From positions 1-64,000 of the IMG/VR virus record IMGVR_UViG_3300043411_002463: DNA of 64,000 nt; one strand, written 5' to 3'. The position numbers and the translations under genes are program-made. This DNA is from a virus. Shown here piece by piece: positions 1 through 9,800 of this stretch; within the stretch, counting starts at the first letter, position 1, and each line of letters opens with the position of its first letter. The notes below the pieces were generated by a model. That model was given only the letters and a program-made list of their open reading frames with translations, searched no databases and was not told the DNA's origin.

Positions 1-74
1 TGTGTATTTAGAAAGAAAATTTAACATAATAAAAGATTTAATAACACCTCATTAATCATTATTTTGTTATAATA

Positions 75-1676
75 ATGATGTCTTGTTTTGAAAATTATCC
101 TTACTATATTCCACACACTGAAGTTGGTTTAATAGCAGCTGACTCTCAAAATGATGGATATTCTATTGCTTTGGTTTGGAATAAGGCTTACCAAGCTCCT
201 AATACCTACACTTTAGGTTACAATATTTATTATTCAACAAATAAAGAAGATTTATTTAGTGAGGGACCAAAATATTTACACCTTAATGGTACAGCCGTAA
301 TTTTATTAGATTTCGTACCTGGTGATAGTTATTATTTTGCAGTTAGAGCAACACAATTTTCTTCTAGTTGGATAAATCCAAGTCTTTTACCAGATTCTGG
401 TGACTCTAAAACTTATCCAGAATCAGGATTATCTCAAGATATTGGTACAAACGATGCATCAATATTTTTAACAGATATTAATGAATTTCCTAATTATGGA
501 GTCGTTAAAATTGGTGGAGAATTAATAAAATATAATAATAAAGATTTGTTAACAAGTTCTTTAACTGGATTAACTAGAGGTTTTCTAAGCACTACACCAA
601 GAATTCATACAATTGATGGTTATGATGGATACGATAACTTAGACCCATTTGTTAAATTTTTCAAAGGTTTAGAGGAAAAAAACCAAAAAATAATGTTTGA
701 AACAAATAGTTTCACTTATCCTAATTATGCTTATACAGAAGCTGATGGTTACAAATATGTTGATAAAGATATTTTAAATACAAATTTAACAGCCTCAGAT
801 TCACAATTGGTAAATTCTCCATCTTTTGATTTTATTGGTTGGAGAAGAATTAATCCATCTGATTTATTATCTGGAAAATGTGTCCCATCATATTTTGGAG
901 GAGTTCATTATTGTGCAGATGGCTATGATGGTGTTGGTCGTAGACTTAAGGGAATGTCGGTTAATGATGAATCCTTTAGACGAGAAGAGTTACTACTTGA
1001 ACAAACTGGCAAGCCCGCTGTATTATTAAAGTACAATTACACTGGAGTGCGTTGCTCTTGTTTCAAGTCTCCAAATGAGTATGCGGTCGATCGTTGTCCA
1101 AAATGCTATGGTACAGGTTTTGTGGTTGGCTATCAACAATTCTTTAACTCAAGAAGATCTGATGGTAGGATCTTGGTAAGATTTGATGCTACTGAAGAAG
1201 ACTTGCCAGTACAAGAAGCTGGTATTGAAAATACTTTAAGTCCAAATGCTTGGACCCTATCTTATCCAGCAGTTAAAGATAGGGATATAATAATTTTTTA
1301 TGATTCATATAATACTTCTCAAGAAGATTCTAGATTTGAGGTATTAAATGTTACAAGAAATTTGTTATTATTTGGGGTTCAAGGCGCTCAAAAGATGAGA
1401 TTACAACGTATTCGCAAAACTGATGTGGCTTATAAGATCCCGGTTTTTGCGGATTCTTCAACCATGCCTTCAACATTAACCTCCAGTATTAGTTCAAGTC
1501 CAGGTATTTTACCACATACACATGCTATTCAGATTAGTGAAAATATTTTGAGTATAGGTCAAATAAATCAATTATCTGGAATGGGCGGAGTGAATAATCA
1601 ACAACAGCATAACCATCCAATAATTAATGGCGTTGTGCAACCTGTACTTGGACATACACACACAATAATATTATGA
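75..1676 (+). CDS. Multi-domain virion neck/head-completion-like protein (FN3 + fibre-type module + Zn-finger neck domain + His-rich C-terminus)
   Basis: N-terminal FN3-like pattern (LVWN..GYNIYYS..YYFAVRA). FPNYGVVKIGGELIKY..LTGLTRG resembles a common phage fibre module. RCSC..CPKCYGTG is the Cys cluster seen in myovirus head-completion proteins. C-terminal HTH/HNH/HTH triplets. Lies upstream of the tail genes. Confidence 0.55.
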   Translation: MMSCFENYPYYIPHTEVGLIAADSQNDGYSIALVWNKAYQAPNTYTLGYNIYYSTNKEDLFSEGPKYLHLNGTAVILLDFVPGDSYYFAVRATQFSSSWINPSLLPDSGDSKTYPESGLSQDIGTNDASIFLTDINEFPNYGVVKIGGELIKYNNKDLLTSSLTGLTRGFLSTTPRIHTIDGYDGYDNLDPFVKFFKGLEEKNQKIMFETNSFTYPNYAYTEADGYKYVDKDILNTNLTASDSQLVNSPSFDFIGWRRINPSDLLSGKCVPSYFGGVHYCADGYDGVGRRLKGMSVNDESFRREELLLEQTGKPAVLLKYNYTGVRCSCFKSPNEYAVDRCPKCYGTGFVVGYQQFFNSRRSDGRILVRFDATEEDLPVQEAGIENTLSPNAWTLSYPAVKDRDIIIFYDSYNTSQEDSRFEVLNVTRNLLLFGVQGAQKMRLQRIRKTDVAYKIPVFADSSTMPSTLTSSISSSPGILPHTHAIQISENILSIGQINQLSGMGGVNNQQQHNHPIINGVVQPVLGHTHTIIL

Positions 1677-2626
1677 TAAAAATATCTATAGAACATTTTG
1701 AAAAGAAAATTGAAGATCTTGAAGAAGAATTAAAACAAAAAATGTTAAAAGAAAAAGATTTAAATAAAGATGAACAATTATTGTTACAGCACAATATTGT
1801 TCCTTTGAGATTTAATGAAGGTTCAAGTTTTCTAGGTCAGGGTGCTTATTCTACTGTTTATGATTGTATGTATGAAGGCAAACATTGTGTTGCTAAAGTT
1901 ACTAAATCTTCTAATGATGTTGATGCCGTTACTAAATTAGTTAAAATAAAATCAAGATTAGGACCTTTAGGAAAACATATTTTAAATGTAGTTAAGATCA
2001 TAAATGATGACCAAATATTTATTATTTTGGTTGAATTTTTAAAACCAACCAACATTCATATTAAAGATCTATTTTGGAATCAGTTTCCAACAAAACCATC
2101 AGATAAACAAATTCATCAAAGAAAACAGATAGTTTTTCAAGATAAGATTATTAAAATTATTGCAAAAAATGTTGTAAATCATGTGTCAAGAAATTCATTC
2201 AGTGAAGATTTTTGTGAGTTCTTAATGAATTTAATTATTAGTTTTATCAAAACTAATAAAGAAAGAATACCTGAATCAAGTTATTATTTAAGCGAAGAAT
2301 TAAAAGAATATTGTCTTAGAAATAATGATTTTTTAAATTATGTTAAAGAAATTCCTTATAGATATCCAAATTATTTAGCTGAAAGAATTGGTGAAATTCT
2401 TTTTAAAGAATTGGCAATTGTATCATATAATAAATTACCAACAGATAATTATGAAGAAAACAATTCAGTAGTTTTATTACCAGAAGTTAGAAGTTTATTT
2501 AAATGTTTAAAATTACTAGCTGATATGGGAATTTTATTCAGAGATCTACATGTAGATAATGTTATGGAAAGAAATGATGGTACCTTAGTTATTTCTGATC
2601 CAGGAAGATTTGGATTTGCAAATTAA
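1673..2626 (+). CDS. Protein kinase-like (ePK/Hanks-type fold) protein
   Basis: Gly-rich loop LGQGAYSTVY, VAK lysine, catalytic loop FRDLHVDNVM and DFG-equivalent ISDPG. ATGA overlap with the upstream gene. Confidence 0.8.
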   Translation: MIKISIEHFEKKIEDLEEELKQKMLKEKDLNKDEQLLLQHNIVPLRFNEGSSFLGQGAYSTVYDCMYEGKHCVAKVTKSSNDVDAVTKLVKIKSRLGPLGKHILNVVKIINDDQIFIILVEFLKPTNIHIKDLFWNQFPTKPSDKQIHQRKQIVFQDKIIKIIAKNVVNHVSRNSFSEDFCEFLMNLIISFIKTNKERIPESSYYLSEELKEYCLRNNDFLNYVKEIPYRYPNYLAERIGEILFKELAIVSYNKLPTDNYEENNSVVLLPEVRSLFKCLKLLADMGILFRDLHVDNVMERNDGTLVISDPGRFGFAN

Positions 2627-2712
2627 TTATTATATAAACTTTATTTTAAATATTTAATCTTAGTCTCTTAGATTCTTCTTTCTTTATTCTTTCTCTTTTA
2701 CAAGAAATCTTT

Positions 2713-2763
2713 AAGATCTTTAATTAATTCATTCACTTCGTTCATTCATTAATTAAAGATCTT
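2713..2763. repeat. Perfect 16-bp inverted repeat with 19-nt loop
   Basis: AAGATCTTTAATTAAT (2713-2728) and ATTAATTAAAGATCTT (2748-2763), loop TCATTCACTTCGTTCATTC, in the largest non-coding gap of the window. Confidence 0.9.
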
Positions 2764-2889
2764 GATTTTTCTATTGATTTACTTTAGATCTTTTTTAATC
2801 AAGATCAGAAATCTCTTGATATAAATGAAATTGGAGGTCGGGGGGATTATTAAGGGGGGTAGGAACAAGTTTCCAGATAATAAATTGGG

Positions 2890-2914
2890 ATAATATCTAA
2901 TTTTTAGATATTAT
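2890..2914. repeat. 11-bp inverted repeat immediately upstream of the 2918 start codon
   Basis: ATAATATCTAA-TTT-TTAGATATTAT; ATG at 2918. Confidence 0.75.
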
Positions 2915-2917
2915 GAT

Positions 2918-5900
2918 ATGACTGATAAATTCATTAGTACCTCTGGTAAAACTCGTCAAGGCGGAGCACCATCCCTTCATAAAAAAGACTTTCTAGCTCA
3001 TACAGATGGTGGAGCGTGGAGACATGCTGCAAATCAAATTGATGTCACTAGCATACCTAGTGTTGGTGGTGATAATGTACAAGATGTTTTAGGTAATATT
3101 GCCAATATTATAAGTAATGCTGGTTCTGGATTCATTTCTATCGGTTCTTCCAATGATGGATATGTTGCTGGTGATTACAACGTAGGTGTTAGTGGTTATT
3201 CAACATTAAAAGAAGCATTTGCAGCAGCTGTTACAGATGATAGATTAACTGCTGGTGGAGTTATTCTATTAATGGCAAATAGATATAAAACATCTGATAC
3301 TATTGAAATTCCGGCAGGAATAACGGTCATAGGAGAAATTACTGGTACAACAATTGTCGGAGAAACAGTAGATGCTCCTATTTTTAGAATTTTAAAACAA
3401 GATACAGTATTGGATATCAATGGAGATTCAGGTACTGGACCTATGTTAACAATGTCAGGTTCTGATTATTATTCTACCAAGTTTTATAATTTAATGATTT
3501 TTGATAATTTGGATGGTTATACAAACATGGGCAATAACTCATTAATAACATCACCAATGATTGAAGTTCAACGTGGAGCAAACTTTGAATGTGAGAGGGT
3601 TTCCTTTTTTGGTAGAGTAGCTTCTGGTGTTGTTTTAAATAGATCTAAAACACCAGCAGCAATAGGAACAACAACTGGAAATACAAATGGAACAACAATT
3701 TCAGTAAGAAATTGTTTTATTGATGGTGTTAAAAACGCAATTAATTTTACTACAGCTTTGGGAGATGTAGATACATTAGATGTTTCAAATTGTAGAATTA
3801 GATTCTTTGGTGCAGAGGGTGCATCGCAAACAAGTTCAGACTGTGCAATTATTTCATCTTTAGCTAAAATAAATATTCATAATAATTTTATTTTAGGAGC
3901 TGGAAGTAAGTGTTGGCACATTATCAATTTGGCAACTTCTGGTGGGACCACATCTAATTGTAAGGTTTCATTAATTGGAAATACTGGTTCTGGTGGTTTT
4001 TCAACAATTGCTCATCTTATAATAAATGCAACAGGATTAACATCAATCAGAACAGTATTAGTGGGTAATTCTTGGGGAGTAAATCAAGCCGATTTACAAC
4101 CAAGTGATTGGTACTTTATAGTTAGCTCTGCAGCAACTACAAGCAAATTGGGTGATATTTTTGGTTCTGGAGCATTAGATACAGTATTGACTTTATTAGC
4201 AACAAGTGCATTAAATAGAAATTATGTTTATATAATGCCTGGTACTTACAATGTAACACTAAGTAGTGGCACTGCAACAAATGCAAACTTAATAGGAATT
4301 CCAGATACATCATCTTTGGCAAATTCTATCACTATTAATTTGAATTTATCGGGAGCAACTACAGATTCTTTAGGAAATAAGTATATATCTTTAGGATATG
4401 AGTGTAAAAATGTAACATTTTCAAGCTCAACAACCAATCAAACAGTTAATTTTACAAATGATTTAGGTGGAAATATAGTTGTAATAGATCAAGTATATTT
4501 TAGTAATGCAACTTGTAAAGTTAATTTAACAAATTCATTATCTTCTAAAGGTTACTTAATAAGTAATTGTAGATTTGTACAATCTGGATTATTTACAGAA
4601 AATGTATCTTTGGCATTGCCAAAAGCTGGAAGAGCAGAAATTAAAAATTGTTATTTTAATTTATCAGGTTATGCAATTTCTTATGGCGATACTCTTTATG
4701 CTGCAGATACATCATTAACTCCATTATTAATTTCAAATTGTTTTTTTGATGGAACTGGTAAAACAATAAATGCAGCAGCTCCAGGATCTGCCAATTCATA
4801 TTATTTAGATATAAATAATGAATCCACAAATTTTGTCATGGAAAATTGTACCTTTAGTGATGGAACATTATCCACACTAACAACACTAAATAGGTATTTA
4901 TATATTAATTGTAGAAATGTTGATATAAATCAATGTTATTTTGACATACCTTCTTATAGTTATTCTTCACCAGGAACATATAGTTTATCTGCATGTTATT
5001 TAAATTTTATTGAAAATATATCTGTAACAAATAATATTTTCAAATCTGGCTCTAATAATTTAAAAATTGTAAGACCAGCGTCATCTATTACTCAGAACTC
5101 TATATTAATTGATAGTAATAAGTTTACAAATTTAGCCAGCGCTGCTACTCAAACATTATTAGATATTGAATGTGATACTTCTGCGTTTTTGTCTAAAAAT
5201 CCAAGTATAGATATCACAAATAATATATTTAATAACGTTTCAACTGCGGCTTGTAATACTGTTCTTCATGCAGAAGTTACAGGATCTGCATATGAAACGG
5301 GTGGAATTATTCAGGTTTATTCTAGAGGTTCAGATGTCAAATTTACTAACAATACATTAATAGGTACTTGTTATGAACCAACTAGCAATCCTTTTACAAA
5401 TTATTCTGGTGTTTATATAAATACTTATAATTCAGATACTGGTACAACAACAAAGAACAACACAACGATATTTGCAAATAATATAATTAATTTATTCGGC
5501 GCAGCTTATACACCAAATGCTATTGGCAAGGCTGTTTCTTGTGCGCATATTAAAAGTAGTTTAGTAAAAGTTGAAAATAATTTATTAAATTATGAAAATG
5601 CAGGGTCTGCTACTTCAGGATTTAGGGGTCCTTTGATGTTAGAATGTACTGCTATTAATTCTTGGGGTGACGCAATTGTCTCAAATAATACTTTTGGCAG
5701 ATGTAATGCAACAGGCACTCTCGTATCATTAAATGCAACTAAAACTGGATTTATTCATATTGATAATACAAATATTCGTGGTTTAATTACAAATAATACA
5801 TTTTTATCTGAAACACCAGATGGAATTACACAGACAATCATGTATTCTACTTTATCTGCTGCAAGTGAATGGATTGTAGAGCTGAATAAAAATCAAACCA

Positions 5901-6373
5901 AAGTAATTCAATTACGTGGTGGATTTAATGGAATTTCAACAATAAATAATAAATCTATACCAGCTGGATTATCTTCTTCGGTTGAAGAAAATCCAACACA
6001 AGGTTCTGGAAATTATTTAAGATTTGTGTATGCTGATACATCTACCACAGTAACATTTGATAAATATGTTTACTTGGGTGATATCATTCCACATGGAGCT
6101 TATATTGTAAGCATTGCTGTTTCATGGAACATAACTGCCACTGCTACAGGTTCTATTACCTTAACTTTGGATGATACAGCTTTTACAACACCAGAAACAA
6201 CAACTGCCAATATTGCATCTGTTACGTCTGGAACTTTAACAGTAACTCCATCTGCAAACATTTTCGTTTCAGGTTCGGTTTCAGAGCCTTGGTTTAACAT
6301 AAATGCTTCTATTAATTCTGGAACAGCAAAGACCTTAAATATCACAAATATAAACATATCTTATAGATATTAA
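2918..6373 (+). CDS. Virion fibre/spike protein with parallel beta-helix (pectin-lyase-like) repeats
   Basis: S/T/N/G-rich, with many I.N(C/N).F beta-helix turns. Beta-helix N-cap (TLKEAF..GGVILL..Y..IEIPAGITVIG). N-terminal H.A..I...VQ..L fibre motif. Confidence 0.65.
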   Translation: MTDKFISTSGKTRQGGAPSLHKKDFLAHTDGGAWRHAANQIDVTSIPSVGGDNVQDVLGNIANIISNAGSGFISIGSSNDGYVAGDYNVGVSGYSTLKEAFAAAVTDDRLTAGGVILLMANRYKTSDTIEIPAGITVIGEITGTTIVGETVDAPIFRILKQDTVLDINGDSGTGPMLTMSGSDYYSTKFYNLMIFDNLDGYTNMGNNSLITSPMIEVQRGANFECERVSFFGRVASGVVLNRSKTPAAIGTTTGNTNGTTISVRNCFIDGVKNAINFTTALGDVDTLDVSNCRIRFFGAEGASQTSSDCAIISSLAKINIHNNFILGAGSKCWHIINLATSGGTTSNCKVSLIGNTGSGGFSTIAHLIINATGLTSIRTVLVGNSWGVNQADLQPSDWYFIVSSAATTSKLGDIFGSGALDTVLTLLATSALNRNYVYIMPGTYNVTLSSGTATNANLIGIPDTSSLANSITINLNLSGATTDSLGNKYISLGYECKNVTFSSSTTNQTVNFTNDLGGNIVVIDQVYFSNATCKVNLTNSLSSKGYLISNCRFVQSGLFTENVSLALPKAGRAEIKNCYFNLSGYAISYGDTLYAADTSLTPLLISNCFFDGTGKTINAAAPGSANSYYLDINNESTNFVMENCTFSDGTLSTLTTLNRYLYINCRNVDINQCYFDIPSYSYSSPGTYSLSACYLNFIENISVTNNIFKSGSNNLKIVRPASSITQNSILIDSNKFTNLASAATQTLLDIECDTSAFLSKNPSIDITNNIFNNVSTAACNTVLHAEVTGSAYETGGIIQVYSRGSDVKFTNNTLIGTCYEPTSNPFTNYSGVYINTYNSDTGTTTKNNTTIFANNIINLFGAAYTPNAIGKAVSCAHIKSSLVKVENNLLNYENAGSATSGFRGPLMLECTAINSWGDAIVSNNTFGRCNATGTLVSLNATKTGFIHIDNTNIRGLITNNTFLSETPDGITQTIMYSTLSAASEWIVELNKNQTKVIQLRGGFNGISTINNKSIPAGLSSSVEENPTQGSGNYLRFVYADTSTTVTFDKYVYLGDIIPHGAYIVSIAVSWNITATATGSITLTLDDTAFTTPETTTANIASVTSGTLTVTPSANIFVSGSVSEPWFNINASINSGTAKTLNITNINISYRY

Positions 6374-6421
6374 GTTAATATTTTCGCATCTTTTTAGAAC
6401 TTTAATTCTTTAGGGGATGTT

Positions 6422-6844
6422 ATGGATCAGTTTACAGATGTATTAAATTCAATTTTATCAATTTTTTCACCAGCTATAATTATTTTTATGGTTGTAATAT
6501 TTGCCTGCGTTTCTGCACAAAGAAAAATATTAGAATTGTTTTTCAAAAGATTTTGGCAAAAAGTATTAACTGCTGGGAATTGGTGGAATACATTATATAA
6601 TGAATTGTTTTTGCCAGCTGGTCCTGTTGTTACAGGTTTGGTATTGGCATTAATTTTTCCAAACTATCCATTTCCCGAATTTGTTGGAACATCTTTAGCA
6701 GCAAGGCTATTTTTTGGTATATTTGCAGGCTTAGTTTCGGGCTGGGCATATGCAAGAGTTAAAAAATTATTTTTAACAAAAGTTGAACAACTTGAAGAAC
6801 AGTTGAAAACTGAAGAAGAAAACAAAGATAAGTCACAAGAATAA
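6422..6844 (+). CDS. Small membrane protein (about 3 TM helices, charged C-tail), holin-like
   Basis: Three hydrophobic segments and a highly charged C-terminus. GGGGA SD-like sequence upstream. The holin function is only inferred. Confidence 0.45.
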   Translation: MDQFTDVLNSILSIFSPAIIIFMVVIFACVSAQRKILELFFKRFWQKVLTAGNWWNTLYNELFLPAGPVVTGLVLALIFPNYPFPEFVGTSLAARLFFGIFAGLVSGWAYARVKKLFLTKVEQLEEQLKTEEENKDKSQE

Positions 6845-6847
6845 AAT

Positions 6848-9800
6848 ATGACCATATATCCAGATCAATTAGATGATGATGAGTCTTTACCACGCGTTTC
6901 AGATAATATTACTGAAACAGGTCAAGAAGCAATCAATGCTATACGTGATGCTATCTTTGCTATACAAGAAGCTTTAGGAACGAATCCAAATAAAGCTTTG
7001 TCTAGCATCTCTAATTTTTTGGATGTATCTCATAATTCGGACGGAACTTTAAGAAATTCTGCTCTTACATCAATAGGTTTAGTTACATTGCCAATTACTA
7101 ACTCTCAAGTAGGAAGTAATGCTGGAATTGATGAAACTAAACTAAACTTGGCTCATAGTACTACTGATTTATACACACTAGTATCAGGAAATTCTGCTTT
7201 AATATCTTCTTTAACTTCATTTTTAAACCAAACAAACACAGATTTTTTACTTCATATTTCTGGTGCTGATAAATTATCAGATAGCATTACTGATAATAGA
7301 CATGTCGCAAGTCATATTGATCTAAATGCCGTTCCAATAGATTCAAGAGATGCAACATACTCTTGGTCAGGTTTGTTCGATAAAGACGGAATAATTAGAG
7401 CTGCTTCCACAGTAGCAGAAGCATTATTGGAAATTAACAATGAATTTGTTGATCATCAAAACGCAGTTGCAGATGCTCACGTTGCAACAGCTATTACAGT
7501 AGATACTGATAATTTTATTGAAATTCCTTCAACAAATACTACTGTTCAAAAAGTTTTGGAATATTTAGATCAATCAGAAGTTTTAAATCTTGGACAACAT
7601 AGAGCAACACAACACGCAAATGCTATTGCAAAGATTTCAAGATCTGAAGTTTTAGATTTTGATGGATATGGTGCTGCAATAGTTCCATCAACGGTTGTAC
7701 ATACTTATTTAACTCATGCTCCAAATACATCTCCCGTTGATGATTTATCTATTGGTGATAATGTTGTAAAATTTGTACCAACAAACACATCATTTAATTT
7801 TGATGCCTATTTTAGTCAAGTTAAAGTAGGACAAGTAATTAGAATAAATTATGGAAATGGATTAGAAGCATCTTACCCAATTGAATCCATTAGATATACA
7901 CCATCAGTAGAATGGATTGTTAGAACAAATGGTGTAAATCTTTGTGAAATTACTGATGGTACAGCCACTGCAAGAATTGATAATTCTTTGGATGATAGAG
8001 ACACTCATGGAATTTTTGCCACAGCTCATGCTAGCGGAGTAACATATACTGGATTTATTCCAAGCGTAATTGTTTCTAATCCAAAAGCAGCTTCTGTATT
8101 AGGTTTGGGTTTTGATGCTGGTCAAATAAACTCAGAACATTACAAATTATACTTACAATTTTATCCATCAGGTAATCCTATTGAAAAATCAATATTATTA
8201 CCTGCTATTGATGTTACTGGAGATGCGGGTGCTAATCCAGGCTCTTATTCTTTAGAATCTATTGTCGAAAGTTGCAATAACGAATTTAGAAGAATTGGTT
8301 TTAATTTAAGATTCATGGCTTATCAACATAATGGTGAGTTTGGAATTAAGTTAACTGATTGTATTGATAATGCAAGTTTTTCAATAATAACTGGAGATAA
8401 TTCTTCTGGTACATTATCAACTAGTGTTTATACAGAAAATGTTATTGGTGGCTCTTCTTTAGATTCTTTTGATGCTTTGGGTTTAGGTGCAAATGGAATA
8501 AATTTTGCCAGCCCAGTTTATCAAACAACTTGGGTTGATGAAACTTCTGCCCAACTTCCAACAAAACTTGCAGTGCCATTAAGAAAAAGATATGCAATAG
8601 TTAATGGAATAAAAGTTGATGATTTTGCTAGTATGTATTTAGCAAATTCTGAAGGCTATTGGGATGGTTATATTTCAGCAAAAAATCAAATAAGTTCATC
8701 TACTATAGAAGTAACTTATACAGTATTACATAATTTAGCTCCTTCTGGATTAAAATCTGGCAAAACAATTACAATTCAACCAACAGTAGATTATACTGAT
8801 GCTTTGTATTCTGATGTTGATTATGGTAGATTCATAATAAAATCTGTTAATTTTATTGGAGCTTGTGGTACATCTCCATCATTGACACAGATTACAGTAA
8901 TTTCTGGTGTTCATGCGAGCGAAGATCCAATTCCTGCGACGGCAGCAATTGGCACAGATGTAAAACTTTATTTTTATGATGATTCTGTAAGTTTTAATGC
9001 ACAAAATTTAATTGATGATAGCGTAAGCTCATATCAGTATAAAAGATTTATGGAAATCTTTGTTACAGATGAGGGTAAAACATTATCACATGAACGTGCA
9101 AGAATGCTTGTTCAATCAGAAAGTTCAACCCAATTAAATTCAAACTATTTACAAATATTAGACGTCGCTCCTAAACTAAGAGGCTATTTAGATTCATCAA
9201 CAACTCAATTTAATAAATATATAAGATTATATATTTTAAATTATAATATTGCTGATGGAACTTTTGATGGTTATCTTGGTAAAAGAGATCCATCTTCTAT
9301 TAATATTTTCAAAACTGGAAATGTTACAAAAGGAAGAAAGAATGTTCCTGTAAGATTCTATGATGAAACTAATGTTGATTATATAGAGTTTTTGTTCAAA
9401 GATACAAGTACATATCCTGGTGTCAATCTTTTATCAACAGATAGTCCAAGATATATAGACCTAGAATTATTTAATTCATTGCAACTAAATGATGAATTAT
9501 TTTATGTTTCTTCTTGTCAATTAACTTGGGGTGTTTTGGGTAACCAAAACATGATTCAATATCTAACTGATAGAAGACAATTTGGTTCTGTTGATGAAAC
9601 AGATTTTACCAATTCAGCTAAAAATTATATTTCAAGTGTATCAAAATATTTAGATAGTAATGGTATTTTCTTCGGATTTGAACTAGATGAAATAAGTTCT
9701 ATTGTTGATAGCGGTGAAATATTCTTTAAGGGTGGAACTTGTTTAATTAATGGTAAAGTTTTGGCTTGTAATAATAATTCAATAACAATCCCAAGAATTT

